Source: a virus. From it: a stretch of 38,697 bases of DNA. The notes under the pieces were generated by a model, which was not told the origin of the DNA, ran no database searches, and saw nothing but the letters and a program-made list of their open reading frames with translations. The DNA lies in the IMG/VR virus record IMGVR_UViG_3300045988_121486, positions 1-38,697 of that record; one strand, written 5' to 3'. Of this stretch, positions 16,571 to 26,028 are shown in pieces. How positions within the stretch are numbered: position 1 is the stretch's first letter; the number at the start of each line of letters is the position of its first letter. The translations under genes were made by a program, and so were the position numbers.

Positions 16571-16756
16571 GAGCTGAAATTTAGCGAAGGAGTGATAGAA
16601 AAAGCATAATAAAAAGACCAGTGCAGAGGGCCTGCAATCGATACCAATAAAACAGCGGTAGACCATCCGACCAAAGATAGCATCTACCGCTTACCTGCTT
16701 GCCAGTATCATACCATAGGATCAGCTGGCACGCAATGAGAAAATGAGGTACAGCCT

Positions 16757-17758
16757 ATGACAAAGACAGACCTGATCAACGACATTGCATTTGAAATGAG
16801 TAACATTTTGACGCCGGAACAGATTGACAAGGTAAAGATAATATTTTTGGTAAAGATGCAGGACTTTGATCTTGCCGAGACCAGACAGCTTCCGATGGTG
16901 GAAGAACATGACAATGAATGGCTTATGAAGCGATACTGGATCGATGGGGCGGCAGTAGGCCTGAAGGAATCAACCATGCGGGGATATCTTGGAAGAATAA
17001 AAGAGTTCTTCGATTTCACGGGAAAAAATTATAAGTATATTACAGCACAGGACATAACAGATTTCCTTGCTATCAAAGCATACCGTGATCATATCAGCCA
17101 GAATTATAAGTCTACGCTATACCGGTACCTCTGCACATTTTTCGGCTGGGCTTTCCGGAAAAAGCATATCGTTGATAATATTGCAGATGGAGTGGACAAG
17201 GTAAAGCAGATTCAGGCACAAAAGAAGCGGTTGACAGATGAAGAGGTGGAAGATATCCGTGATGTATTGGATACACCAAAGGAAAAAGCACTGTTTGAAC
17301 TGATGCTTTGCACCGGCATGAGAGTAGGCGAAATATCCAATCTCAATATTTCGGATCTGGATCTGACGCACAGGACTGTCAACATCTGGGGAGAGAAGAG
17401 CAATAAATATCGCACCGGTATGTTGACACCTAAAGCAGTAAAAGCATTGCGGAATTATATCGGTGGGCGTCCTGGGACAGACCCTGTATTTTTGGCTGAC
17501 AGGGCGCCTCATAATCGTATGCGGGAGTACGGCATCGAGAAGCTGACCAAGGAAATGGCAGTCCGCGGTGGTGTGACGCGGTTGACGGCAACGGTCCATA
17601 TATACCGCAAGACCTTTGCGTCCGTCCTGTACCGTAAGACAGGGGATGTGATGCTGGTAAGTAAGCTCCTCGGACATTCCAACCCAGAGATTACAGTAAA
17701 ATATTATCTGGTAGATGATATCGAGGAGATGCAGAACAAATACAACAAAGTGGCATAA
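16757..17758 (+). CDS. Second tyrosine recombinase (XerC/D-like or Rci-like), internal to the prophage
   Basis: GMRVGEI (Arg I), HIYRKTFAS (HxxR), LLGHSN and VKYY (Tyr). 333 aa. Confidence 0.85.
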   Translation: MTKTDLINDIAFEMSNILTPEQIDKVKIIFLVKMQDFDLAETRQLPMVEEHDNEWLMKRYWIDGAAVGLKESTMRGYLGRIKEFFDFTGKNYKYITAQDITDFLAIKAYRDHISQNYKSTLYRYLCTFFGWAFRKKHIVDNIADGVDKVKQIQAQKKRLTDEEVEDIRDVLDTPKEKALFELMLCTGMRVGEISNLNISDLDLTHRTVNIWGEKSNKYRTGMLTPKAVKALRNYIGGRPGTDPVFLADRAPHNRMREYGIEKLTKEMAVRGGVTRLTATVHIYRKTFASVLYRKTGDVMLVSKLLGHSNPEITVKYYLVDDIEEMQNKYNKVA

Positions 17759-17772
17759 TTGCACCGGTGCAA
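17759..17772. repeat. Dispersed palindrome TTGCACCGGTGCAA, copy C (starts the base after the recombinase stop)
   Basis: Exact 14-mer, 30 nt upstream of the late-regulator start. Confidence 0.9.
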
Positions 17773-17802
17773 CTCCGGTGTGGCAGAAAGGAGAAAGCAT
17801 CG

Positions 17803-18231
17803 ATGCAGAGAATTAACAGAACGAGCTGGAGGATCATTGAAACTATATTATTACGTTATCCCCAGCGCAAGAAAGAATATGAGGAGTACATATCGGACAT
17901 TATGGCATCGCCAGCGGGAGGCAGCAGTCGTCCGTTGGACCCTGTCAGGGAAATGGACAAGGCACAATCTGTCACAGAAGCAAAGGCCCTGAAGATGACC
18001 TCGGTGTATCATGATAGGATCAAAAAAGAGATAGAGGCGGTGGAATTTGCCTATAATTCTCTCAAACCGGAGGAACAGAGAGTAATCCGGATCAGATACT
18101 GGAGCAAGGGCCTCAGAGCACCGATCCCGTACCTTAAGATTGGTGGGGCATCATACAGTGAGCGGCAGATGAAACGGATCGTGTTCAAGACAATCGAACA
18201 GATTGGTAGGTACATTGGAGAGTTAAAGTAA
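17803..18231 (+). CDS. Putative late-gene transcriptional activator (RinA/ArpU-like, sigma region-4-type)
   Basis: Lies immediately upstream of terS. RIIETILLRYPQRKKEYEEY...EQRVIRIRYW...SERQMKRIVFKTIEQIGRYIG. Confidence 0.55.
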   Translation: MQRINRTSWRIIETILLRYPQRKKEYEEYISDIMASPAGGSSRPLDPVREMDKAQSVTEAKALKMTSVYHDRIKKEIEAVEFAYNSLKPEEQRVIRIRYWSKGLRAPIPYLKIGGASYSERQMKRIVFKTIEQIGRYIGELK

Positions 18232-18292
18232 AAGATGGCATGATTTCGCATGTCAAATGTGATAATATAGTATCGTGATAAATTAGTGACAA

Positions 18293-18322
18293 GGCAATGC
18301 AGATAGCTGCGTTGCCTTTTTT
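18293..18322 (+). terminator. Intrinsic terminator
   Basis: GGCAATGCAG/CTGCGTTGCC stem followed by T6. Confidence 0.7.
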
Positions 18323-18329
18323 CGTGGAG

Positions 18330-18343
18330 TTGCACCGGTGCAA
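18330..18343. repeat. Dispersed palindrome TTGCACCGGTGCAA, copy D (between the terminator and terS)
   Basis: Exact 14-mer. A 16-bp palindrome when flanking G/C are included. Confidence 0.9.
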
Positions 18344-18364
18344 CACTAGAGAGATGGTGAGCGG

Positions 18365-18856
18365 ATGGCAAAAGGCAAATATGAGTATTGGCTGACACCG
18401 GAAGGCTTGCTAAAGCTGGAAGGATGGGCAAGAGATGGATTAACAGATGAGCAGATTGCTACAAATATGGGAATTCGCAGAGAAACGTTATATGCATGGT
18501 GTAAAAAGTATACTAACATTTCTAACACCCTAAAAAGGGGAAAGGAAGTAGTTGATAGAGAAATAGAACGGGCTCTATATAATAATGCGGCTGGATACAA
18601 TTATACTGAAAAGGTTATATGTACGAAAAAAGAAGTCCTATATGAAAATGGCAAGAGAATCAAGGAAACGGTAGAACCGGTAGTTGTCGAAGTAGAGAAA
18701 CATAAACCCGGAGAAACCACAGCCCAGATATTCTGGTTAAAGAACCGGAAACCGGATAAATGGAGAGACAAACAGGATGTCCAGATCTCCGGAGAGCTTA
18801 AATCCGAACAGAGTAAACTGGATGACCTGATCAGACAGATGCGTGGTGATGGGTAA
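18365..18856 (+). CDS. terS: Terminase small subunit
   Basis: HTH LTDEQIATNMGIRRETLYAWCKKY and FWLKNRKPDKWRDK. Precedes terL. Confidence 0.85.
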   Translation: MAKGKYEYWLTPEGLLKLEGWARDGLTDEQIATNMGIRRETLYAWCKKYTNISNTLKRGKEVVDREIERALYNNAAGYNYTEKVICTKKEVLYENGKRIKETVEPVVVEVEKHKPGETTAQIFWLKNRKPDKWRDKQDVQISGELKSEQSKLDDLIRQMRGDG

Positions 18857-20229
18857 TGAGCGCAAGTAAACTCCTGCTGTCAGAGAAATACAAAGCATTC
18901 CTGAAATGCGATGCTCCGGTGGAATTTCTGGAAGGAACCACGGCAGCAGGTAAGACGACGGTAGGAATCTTCAAGTTTATGCTTAAGGTGGCAGAAAGCC
19001 CCAAGAAGCTTCACATCATTGCTGCAGATGATACCGGTACCGCAGAGAAGAATATCATCAACAAGGATCTGGGCATACTGGATGATTTTGGTATTTTGGT
19101 GGAGTATAACGGCAGTGGTACAAAGGATGATAAGATTCCACATCTGCTTTTCCATACTGCCGGGGGAGATAAAGTCATATATGTGCTGGGTTACGGTAAC
19201 AAGAAAAAGTGGAAGAAGGCCCTGGGTGGACAATATGGCTGTCTGTACATAGATGAAGTAAATACCGCAGACATAGATTTTGTCAGAGAAGCATCCATGC
19301 GATGTGATTATCTGATGGCAACACTGAACCCGGATGATCCGGGATTGCCGGTGTACAAAGAATATATCAACTGTGCACGTCCTCTTCCGGAATGGAAGGA
19401 TGAGACACCGCAGGAAATCATAGAGGAACTGAAAGAAGAGCCAAAGGACGGATGGATCCATTGGTTCTTTTCTTTTAAAGACAATGCAGGCCTTCCACCG
19501 GATAAGCTGCAGATGATCCTGCAAAACACACCGAAGGGTACCAAAATTTGGAAAAACAAGATTCAAGGTCTCCGCGGAAAAGCGACAGGGTTGGTATTCT
19601 CCAACTTTGTCAGAAAGAAGCATGTTGTTACTGCTGCGTGGGTGAAGAAACAGATTGCAGATGGGAATATCCGTTTCAGGAAGTTTACAGCAGGACTGGA
19701 TACATCATATTCCTCAAAATCTCCGGATACTATTGCAATGATCTTCCAGGGCATTACGGATGACCGCAAGCTGATCACACTGGCTGAGAAGGTATATAGC
19801 AATGCGGATCTCAGTGTGCCGCTGGCTCCTTCTGACACAGCGGTAAAGTTTATAGCTTTTCTGGATAGATGCAGATCGGAATGGGGATTTGCAAAAGAGT
19901 CTTTTATTGACTGCGCAGATGCGGCGACAATAACAGAACTTCGGAAGTATAAGCGCCTGCATGGGTGCCTTTATAATTTCATTGAGTCCTACAAGAAGGT
20001 AACAATACTGGACCGTATCAATTTACAACTGGGATGGATCCAGCAGGACTGCTATCTGGTAGTTGAGGATTGTACAAACCATATCTCGGAATTGGAACGC
20101 TATTCATGGGACGAGGAAGAGGATGTTCCGGTACCGGAGGATAAGAACGACCATACGATCAATGCAAACCAGTACGGATGGATTCCATACCGGAATATGA
20201 TTGGATTCGAGGAGGATAAACAGAGGTGA
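18856..20229 (+). CDS. terL: Terminase large subunit
   Basis: Walker A GTTAAGKTT and Walker B LYIDEVN. 457 aa. Confidence 0.9.
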   Translation: MSASKLLLSEKYKAFLKCDAPVEFLEGTTAAGKTTVGIFKFMLKVAESPKKLHIIAADDTGTAEKNIINKDLGILDDFGILVEYNGSGTKDDKIPHLLFHTAGGDKVIYVLGYGNKKKWKKALGGQYGCLYIDEVNTADIDFVREASMRCDYLMATLNPDDPGLPVYKEYINCARPLPEWKDETPQEIIEELKEEPKDGWIHWFFSFKDNAGLPPDKLQMILQNTPKGTKIWKNKIQGLRGKATGLVFSNFVRKKHVVTAAWVKKQIADGNIRFRKFTAGLDTSYSSKSPDTIAMIFQGITDDRKLITLAEKVYSNADLSVPLAPSDTAVKFIAFLDRCRSEWGFAKESFIDCADAATITELRKYKRLHGCLYNFIESYKKVTILDRINLQLGWIQQDCYLVVEDCTNHISELERYSWDEEEDVPVPEDKNDHTINANQYGWIPYRNMIGFEEDKQR

Positions 20230-21824
20230 ACCTGATGGAAAAGATAAATGAGAATATCAAAAGAGGTATACGGAGCTGGCTGAATGTTTCTCCGGCGAAT
20301 CCCTATGTGTTCAATATCAATGAGATGATGGACTTCGAGGGGAATGCGATCCGAAACCGCATCTGGTATCGTGGTGACAGCAACGAACTGGAGCAGTTCT
20401 ATGAGCAGAATGCGGAATATGCAGATAAATATAAATTCTGGTCCAGCAAGAGTACACCGGGGATGGAAATGCGCAAGATCCACACAGGTGTTCCGGCGCT
20501 TACGGTGAGAACTCTGGCAGCAGTAGTCCTTCCAGATATGGGGGAATTTGAATTTTCCTCAGAGAACGAAAAGCAGAAACAGATATGGAAAGACATTGCA
20601 AAGCCTGAGAATAATAACTTTGCCGATAAGGTAGAGGATGCAATCAAAGAAGCGCTGTATATCGGAGACGGGGCTTTTAAAGTGTCCATTGATACAGAAG
20701 TCAGTGAGTATCCGATTTTAGAATGGTATGCCGGGGATCGTGTCGAAATCATACGGAAAAAGGACAAGGTCCGGGAAGTGATATTTAAGACACCATACAG
20801 CGGAGGAGGAAAGACATATGTGCTCAATGAGGTATATGGATATGGGTATGTAAAGAACGAACTGTATCTGGATAACAGACAGGTTCCGCTGACTACACTA
20901 CAGATAACCAATTCACTGGAAGATGTGACCTTCGATAAAAGCGTTATGCTGGCGGTGCCTATGATGTTCTATAAGTCGGCAAAATATGAAGGACGTGGCG
21001 GAAGTATCTTTGACGGAAAGGTGGACAACTATGATGCGCTGGATGAAGTATGGAGCCAGTGGATGGATGCGCTGAGAGCAGGAAGAGCCAAAACATATAT
21101 TCCGGACTGTCTGGTTCCGAGGGATCCGGAAACAGGAGCTGCGATAACACCGAATCCGTTCGATAACAGATATTTTGCAGCAGAAGGAGACCAGCGCGAA
21201 GGGCAGAAAAACGTAATCAGTACAGACCAGCCGAGCATTCCTCATGACAGCTATCAGGCTTCCTACTGTACGGCACTGGACCTTTGCCTGCAGGGGATCA
21301 TCAGTCCTTCTACACTGGGGATTGATGTAAAAAAACTGGATAATGCAGAAGCGCAGCGTGAAAAGGAAAAAACAACGCTGTACACAAGAAACATTATCGT
21401 GGAAACTCTTCAGACAGTATTGCCACAGGTAGTATCCATGTGTATCAACGCATATCACCTGATGAAGAATGAGGCAGTGGAAAGTGTAGAGGTAAATCTC
21501 CCATTTGGAGAATATGCCAATCCTTCATTTGAATCTCAGGTGGAAACAGTTGGTAAGGCAAAGCAGAGCGGAATCATGAGCATTGAGCGCTGTGTGGAGG
21601 AATTATATGGTGACAGTCTGGATGATAACTGCAAAAAAGAAGAAATTGCAAGGCTCAAGGCTGAGCAGGGGATTCAGAGCATTCCGGAGCCGGAGATCAG
21701 GACGGATGCAGGAGAATTCAGGATAAACGGATTTACTGGAGGCAGTGATGGAAGTAAAAGTAGCAAAAAAAACATACCGGATGAACCGGGAGGAGTACCA
21801 GGGGCTACTGAAGGTGGCCAGTGA
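20226..21824 (+). CDS. Portal protein (SPP1 gp6-like)
   Basis: Size, position and N-terminal WLNVSPANP...WYRGDSNELEQFY. Alternative ATG start at 20235. Confidence 0.85.
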   Translation: MNLMEKINENIKRGIRSWLNVSPANPYVFNINEMMDFEGNAIRNRIWYRGDSNELEQFYEQNAEYADKYKFWSSKSTPGMEMRKIHTGVPALTVRTLAAVVLPDMGEFEFSSENEKQKQIWKDIAKPENNNFADKVEDAIKEALYIGDGAFKVSIDTEVSEYPILEWYAGDRVEIIRKKDKVREVIFKTPYSGGGKTYVLNEVYGYGYVKNELYLDNRQVPLTTLQITNSLEDVTFDKSVMLAVPMMFYKSAKYEGRGGSIFDGKVDNYDALDEVWSQWMDALRAGRAKTYIPDCLVPRDPETGAAITPNPFDNRYFAAEGDQREGQKNVISTDQPSIPHDSYQASYCTALDLCLQGIISPSTLGIDVKKLDNAEAQREKEKTTLYTRNIIVETLQTVLPQVVSMCINAYHLMKNEAVESVEVNLPFGEYANPSFESQVETVGKAKQSGIMSIERCVEELYGDSLDDNCKKEEIARLKAEQGIQSIPEPEIRTDAGEFRINGFTGGSDGSKSSKKNIPDEPGGVPGATEGGQ

Positions 21825-21969
21825 GCAGGTCCCGAAAGGAATCTATGCAGTGGAAAAAGGTAATTATGCGGAACTCCGATGTGATCATTGTACCAGCGTC
21901 ACGCAGATCAAGACATTGACCAGACAGTTTAAAAGCCAGGGATTCAAGGTATATGCAAACGGCAGGTGA
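21748..21969 (+). CDS. Small hypothetical protein overlapping the portal 3' end
   Basis: ATG follows GGAGGCAGTG. 73 aa. Confidence 0.45.
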   Translation: MEVKVAKKTYRMNREEYQGLLKVASEQVPKGIYAVEKGNYAELRCDHCTSVTQIKTLTRQFKSQGFKVYANGR

Positions 21970-21973
21970 TTAG

Positions 21974-23620
21974 ATGCCTAAGATAAATTCAGAATATGAT
22001 ATCGGAGCAGCATTCGAAGCTATTGAGAATGAACTCATTGCTTCCATGATCCGGAATATGCGAAGACATAAGATTGAGGAAATCGATGAAGATAAGCAGT
22101 GGTCCATGTGGCAGACAGAGCAGCTCCGGTCGTTGGAAAAGTACAGAAAAGAGAATCAGGAACGATTTGGTACAAAATTTAAAGACATTAATAACCGGAT
22201 CGAAGCGCTGATCAGTACTGCCAGGGATGAAGGAGATATGGAGCAGGAGATAGCCATACTGGAGGCTATAAAGAAAGGTTTCCCAGCAAGAAGAGTAAGT
22301 CCGGGAGCATCGGCGGCATTCTTCCGGTTGAACCAGAGGAAGCTGGAGGCGCTGATCCGGGCGACCACATCAGACATGGAAAAGGCTGAGACAGCCGTCC
22401 TGCGCATGGCAAATGACCAATATCGTAAGATTATTTTTAATGCTCAGGTATATGCCAACAGTGGAGCAGGGACTTATGAGAAGGCGGTAGACATGGCCAC
22501 AAGGGATTTCATTGCCGCTGGTCTTAACTGTGTGGAATATGCCAATGGATCCAGACACACATTGGCAGACTATGCGGACATGGCAATACGGACAGCCAGT
22601 AAGCGTGCATACCTGCAGGGGGAAGGGCAGAAAAGGCAGGAATGGGGGATATCCACGGTGATCATGAATAAGCGTGGAAATCCCTGCCCCAAGTGTTTAC
22701 CGTTTGTTGGTAAGATACTGATCGATGATGTATGGAGCGGTGGAAGCGCCAAGGATGGACCATATCCCCTGATGAGCGCGGCAATAGCAGCAGGACTATA
22801 CCACCCTAGATGCAGAGACAGCCACACTACCTATTTTCCAGAACTGGAGGATTTGGATAATGAATACAGTAAAAAAGACATAGAAGATATCGAAGAACAG
22901 AACAGGAAAGAAGTAAGACAGCAATATGCAGAGAGACAGGAGAAAAAATTCCATAGATTAGCATCATTTTCACTGGATCCGGAGAATAAAAGCAAGTACC
23001 GTGCGAAGGAAAAAGAATGGAGTCAGGAAACGGAAGACCGGTATAAAATTCCTGATGAGGTGAAAGTGCCGAGATCGGATACTCCGCAGATCATGATCGA
23101 TTTAGTGGATCAGTACACAAAAGATGAGTGCATCAAGATAGATGAACTGTCAGAATATGCATTTTCGTATGATCTTGATAATGATTTGATAATTATCAAT
23201 CCGAGACATCCGCAGTATGAAGAGGAGAACTACAAGCATGTGCTGGCGCATGAAATAGCCCATAGAATTGATCATAATGAGTATGGCAGTCCCATGTATG
23301 CTGAATTCGCAGAGGCAATAAAAAATACAGAAAACAAAATATTGCAAAAAAAGGAGAAGTATCAACGGAGACTTGCTGTAAATGGTGATTTAGAGTACAA
23401 TTACTTCATCAGTGATATAATGTCATGCATAACAGACAATGTGATTACAGGAGTATACAGACATGAATCACAATACATAGGTAAACCCGGGTATGCGGAG
23501 TCGGAGATATTTGCGGATATATATGCTGCATTGTATCAGTCGGATGATATAACTGTAGAATTCATAAAAAGTGAATTGCCAGAGCTATATGAAGCATTTA
23601 TGAAAGTGCTAAAGAGGTAA
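21974..23620 (+). CDS. MuF/SPP1 gp7-like minor head protein fused to a C-terminal HExxH domain
   Basis: gp7 core (ANDQYRKIIFNAQVYANSGAG...PCPKCLPFVGK...YHPRCRDS). About 250 further aa contain HEIAH at 23249-23263. Confidence 0.8.
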   Translation: MPKINSEYDIGAAFEAIENELIASMIRNMRRHKIEEIDEDKQWSMWQTEQLRSLEKYRKENQERFGTKFKDINNRIEALISTARDEGDMEQEIAILEAIKKGFPARRVSPGASAAFFRLNQRKLEALIRATTSDMEKAETAVLRMANDQYRKIIFNAQVYANSGAGTYEKAVDMATRDFIAAGLNCVEYANGSRHTLADYADMAIRTASKRAYLQGEGQKRQEWGISTVIMNKRGNPCPKCLPFVGKILIDDVWSGGSAKDGPYPLMSAAIAAGLYHPRCRDSHTTYFPELEDLDNEYSKKDIEDIEEQNRKEVRQQYAERQEKKFHRLASFSLDPENKSKYRAKEKEWSQETEDRYKIPDEVKVPRSDTPQIMIDLVDQYTKDECIKIDELSEYAFSYDLDNDLIIINPRHPQYEEENYKHVLAHEIAHRIDHNEYGSPMYAEFAEAIKNTENKILQKKEKYQRRLAVNGDLEYNYFISDIMSCITDNVITGVYRHESQYIGKPGYAESEIFADIYAALYQSDDITVEFIKSELPELYEAFMKVLKR

Positions 23621-23622
23621 TT

Positions 23623-23811
23623 ATGTTCAAAAAAGAATTTGTTGAAAAAATGAAAAACGATGAGGAACTGCAGGAGTTGCGCAGGAAAGTATTATCCTTC
23701 TCCGAAAAAATGGGAGATGCCGCATACATCATCGGAAAAGATAAAAGCTATGAGGATTATAAAGAACGTTTGCGAAGAATGGTAAAAGAACATGAAGCCA
23801 CCGGTCAGTAG
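23623..23811 (+). CDS. Small hypothetical protein immediately after the MuF fusion
   Basis: 62 aa, starting 2 nt after the MuF stop. Confidence 0.5.
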   Translation: MFKKEFVEKMKNDEELQELRRKVLSFSEKMGDAAYIIGKDKSYEDYKERLRRMVKEHEATGQ

Positions 23812-23843
23812 ATTGGTGGTATTTTTATCTCGAAAAAAGAAAA

Positions 23844-23857
23844 TTGCACCGGTGCAA
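23844..23857. repeat. Dispersed palindrome TTGCACCGGTGCAA, copy E (intergenic)
   Basis: Exact 14-mer between a weak hairpin and a strong terminator. Confidence 0.9.
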
Positions 23858-23874
23858 CAAATAATCTGGAATCA

Positions 23875-23899
23875 ACACGCTTCATGGCGTGTTTTTTTA
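23875..23899 (+). terminator. Intrinsic terminator
   Basis: ACACGC/GCGTGT stem followed by T7. Confidence 0.7.
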
Positions 23900-24001
23900 T
23901 GCCCAAACACGAGCAAGGCAATAAACTGCAGCGTGACCGGAGACACCGAAGACAATGGATCGCAGTAAGGGTGACACCCTCAAAATGGAAAGGAGCACGT
24001 T

Positions 24002-24625
24002 ATGTTTTACAAGACAGTAAGAAGATTCTTAGACCCCGATGGAAGCCAGGGCGGAGCACCGGCAGGAGAACAGACTAATCAGCAGTCACAGCAGAATGCA
24101 ACACCGCAGATTGACTATGGGAAAATCCAGCAGATGTTGGATGGAACGCTTGCGGCAAAAGAGGATACGGCATTGAAAGCCTATTTCAAGCAGCAGGGAC
24201 TTTCCCAACAGGAGGTGGAACAGGCTATAGCAACCTTCAAGGAACAGAAGGCGGCAAATCAGCCGAACGTGGAAGCATTGCAACAGCAGGCTGCAACCGC
24301 AGCAGCTGAGGCAAGACAGGCACAGATCCAGCAGGCAGCGACGATGGCAGCAGTCGGATTGGGAATCAGCGTAACATCCATTCCCTATGTACTGAAGATG
24401 GCAGATTTCAGCCAGACAGTAGGACAGGATGGAAAGATCAGCAATGAGAAACTTACGGAAGCCCTGAATAAGGTGCTGGAGGATATTCCTGCATTAAAGC
24501 CGCAGGAGACAGATACTACAGGTTTCCTTCATGTAGGGACAGGCGGAGATCCTTCGCAGCATACACAGCAGGCAACCGTACAACAGCAACAGACACCGAC
24601 CAAAAGATGGAATCGGTGGAACTAA
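24002..24625 (+). CDS. Scaffolding protein
   Basis: Gln/Ala-rich helical protein directly upstream of the capsid gene. Confidence 0.65.
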   Translation: MFYKTVRRFLDPDGSQGGAPAGEQTNQQSQQNATPQIDYGKIQQMLDGTLAAKEDTALKAYFKQQGLSQQEVEQAIATFKEQKAANQPNVEALQQQAATAAAEARQAQIQQAATMAAVGLGISVTSIPYVLKMADFSQTVGQDGKISNEKLTEALNKVLEDIPALKPQETDTTGFLHVGTGGDPSQHTQQATVQQQQTPTKRWNRWN

Positions 24626-24644
24626 GGAAAGGAAGGTATAAGAT

Positions 24645-25628
24645 ATGCCTAATTTAAACTATGCACAGCAGTGGAGTACTGAACTCTTGCAGATTCTGAT
24701 GCAGGGAGCGTTAACCTCTCCCTTCATTACATCTAATGTAAGATGGCTGGATGCGAAGACATTCCACTTTACACAGATGAGCACCACTGGTTATAAGAAT
24801 CACAAGAGAACCGGTGGTTGGAACATGGGATCCTTCGATCAGGCAGATGTTCCGTTTACAGTAACCCATGACAGAGACGTTCAGTTCCTGGTAGACAAGG
24901 CAGATGTGGATGAGACCAACGCAACTGCATCCATGCAGAATATCTCCAGAACCTTCGAACAGACTCAGGTAGTGCCTGAGACAGATGCCCTGTTCTTCTC
25001 CCGTGTGGCACAGGTGGCACAGAAGACAGAGGGATATCACAGCCAGACCGCTATTTCTGCTTATACCAAGGCAAAGGTATTCGGAATGCTGAAGGATATC
25101 CTTGCAAAAGGTAAGTTGAGACGGTACAAGGCAAATGGTAGCCTGCTCACGTATGTGGCCAGTCCTATTATGGATGCACTGGAGCAGTCCACTGAGTTTA
25201 CCCGTAAAATTGAACTTACACAGATTGCTGAGGGTGGTATCGGCATCGAGACAAGAGTAACGGAAATCGATGGTGTACCCATCATGGAAGTTATCGACGA
25301 TGAGCGTTTCTATGATGCTTTCGACTGGGAGCCTGCTGAGGGTGGATTTGCTCCGTTGAAAAAAGTTGCAGCAGACAGCACTCATAATATCGAAGCGGTA
25401 ACCGGAGCTCATAAGATCAATGTACTGGTGGCATGCGGACAGACCTGTAAGACGGTTCCTAAGATTGCTTCTATCTATTATTTCAATCCCGGAACACATA
25501 CCGAAGGAGACGGATACCTGTACCAGAACAGATCTCTGTCTGACACTTTTGTATTCCCGAATGGTCGTGACGGCAAAGTGGACAGCGTCTATGTAGATGT
25601 AGATACCACGGAGTACACCGGGGAGTAA
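24645..25628 (+). CDS. Major capsid protein
   Basis: 327 aa, positioned after the scaffold. Strong SD. Confidence 0.8.
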   Translation: MPNLNYAQQWSTELLQILMQGALTSPFITSNVRWLDAKTFHFTQMSTTGYKNHKRTGGWNMGSFDQADVPFTVTHDRDVQFLVDKADVDETNATASMQNISRTFEQTQVVPETDALFFSRVAQVAQKTEGYHSQTAISAYTKAKVFGMLKDILAKGKLRRYKANGSLLTYVASPIMDALEQSTEFTRKIELTQIAEGGIGIETRVTEIDGVPIMEVIDDERFYDAFDWEPAEGGFAPLKKVAADSTHNIEAVTGAHKINVLVACGQTCKTVPKIASIYYFNPGTHTEGDGYLYQNRSLSDTFVFPNGRDGKVDSVYVDVDTTEYTGE

Positions 25629-25637
25629 GGAGGACCT

Positions 25638-26024
25638 ATGTCCTACAAACCTTATGTAAGCAAAGAAGAATATAAAGATAGCTATAATGGCAGCGTGATT
25701 CCTGACGGAGAGCTTGAAAGAGCACTTCGTCAGGCCTCCCGGCATATTGACAGCCTGACATTTAATCGGATTGTGGCAGCAGGATTCGATAATCTGACAG
25801 CGTTTCAACAGGAGACCATCAAAGAGGTTGTCTGCATGCAGGCAGATTTCGAATATGAGAATGCAGATGAAATCAATACGATTTTATCCAGCTATAGCAT
25901 TAATGGTGTATCCGCACAGTTTGGAAGTTCCTGGAATGTTTTCATGGAAAAAGGGATTGCCATGAAGCGGGATGTATATTCGTTGCTGACGCAGACAGGT
26001 CTGTGCTGCAGAATTGCGAGGTGA
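25638..26024 (+). CDS. Head-tail connector (gp6-like)
   Basis: Position and size. ALRQASRHIDSLTFNRI pattern. Confidence 0.6.
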   Translation: MSYKPYVSKEEYKDSYNGSVIPDGELERALRQASRHIDSLTFNRIVAAGFDNLTAFQQETIKEVVCMQADFEYENADEINTILSSYSINGVSAQFGSSWNVFMEKGIAMKRDVYSLLTQTGLCCRIAR

Positions 26025-26028
26025 ATCC

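Noticed and set aside
16698-16706. CTTGCCAGT, a 9-nt match to the reverse complement of the S1 core, about 50 bp upstream of the internal recombinase
   Set aside because: A 9-mer match on either strand of 38.7 kb is expected by chance at appreciable frequency. It has no dyad or second half-site.
17759-17772. The TTGCACCGGTGCAA copies as recombination sites for the adjacent recombinase
   Set aside because: Perfectly symmetric sites scattered through essential operons would give random deletions or inversions. A regulatory or binding role is more plausible. The idea is kept only as a minor alternative.
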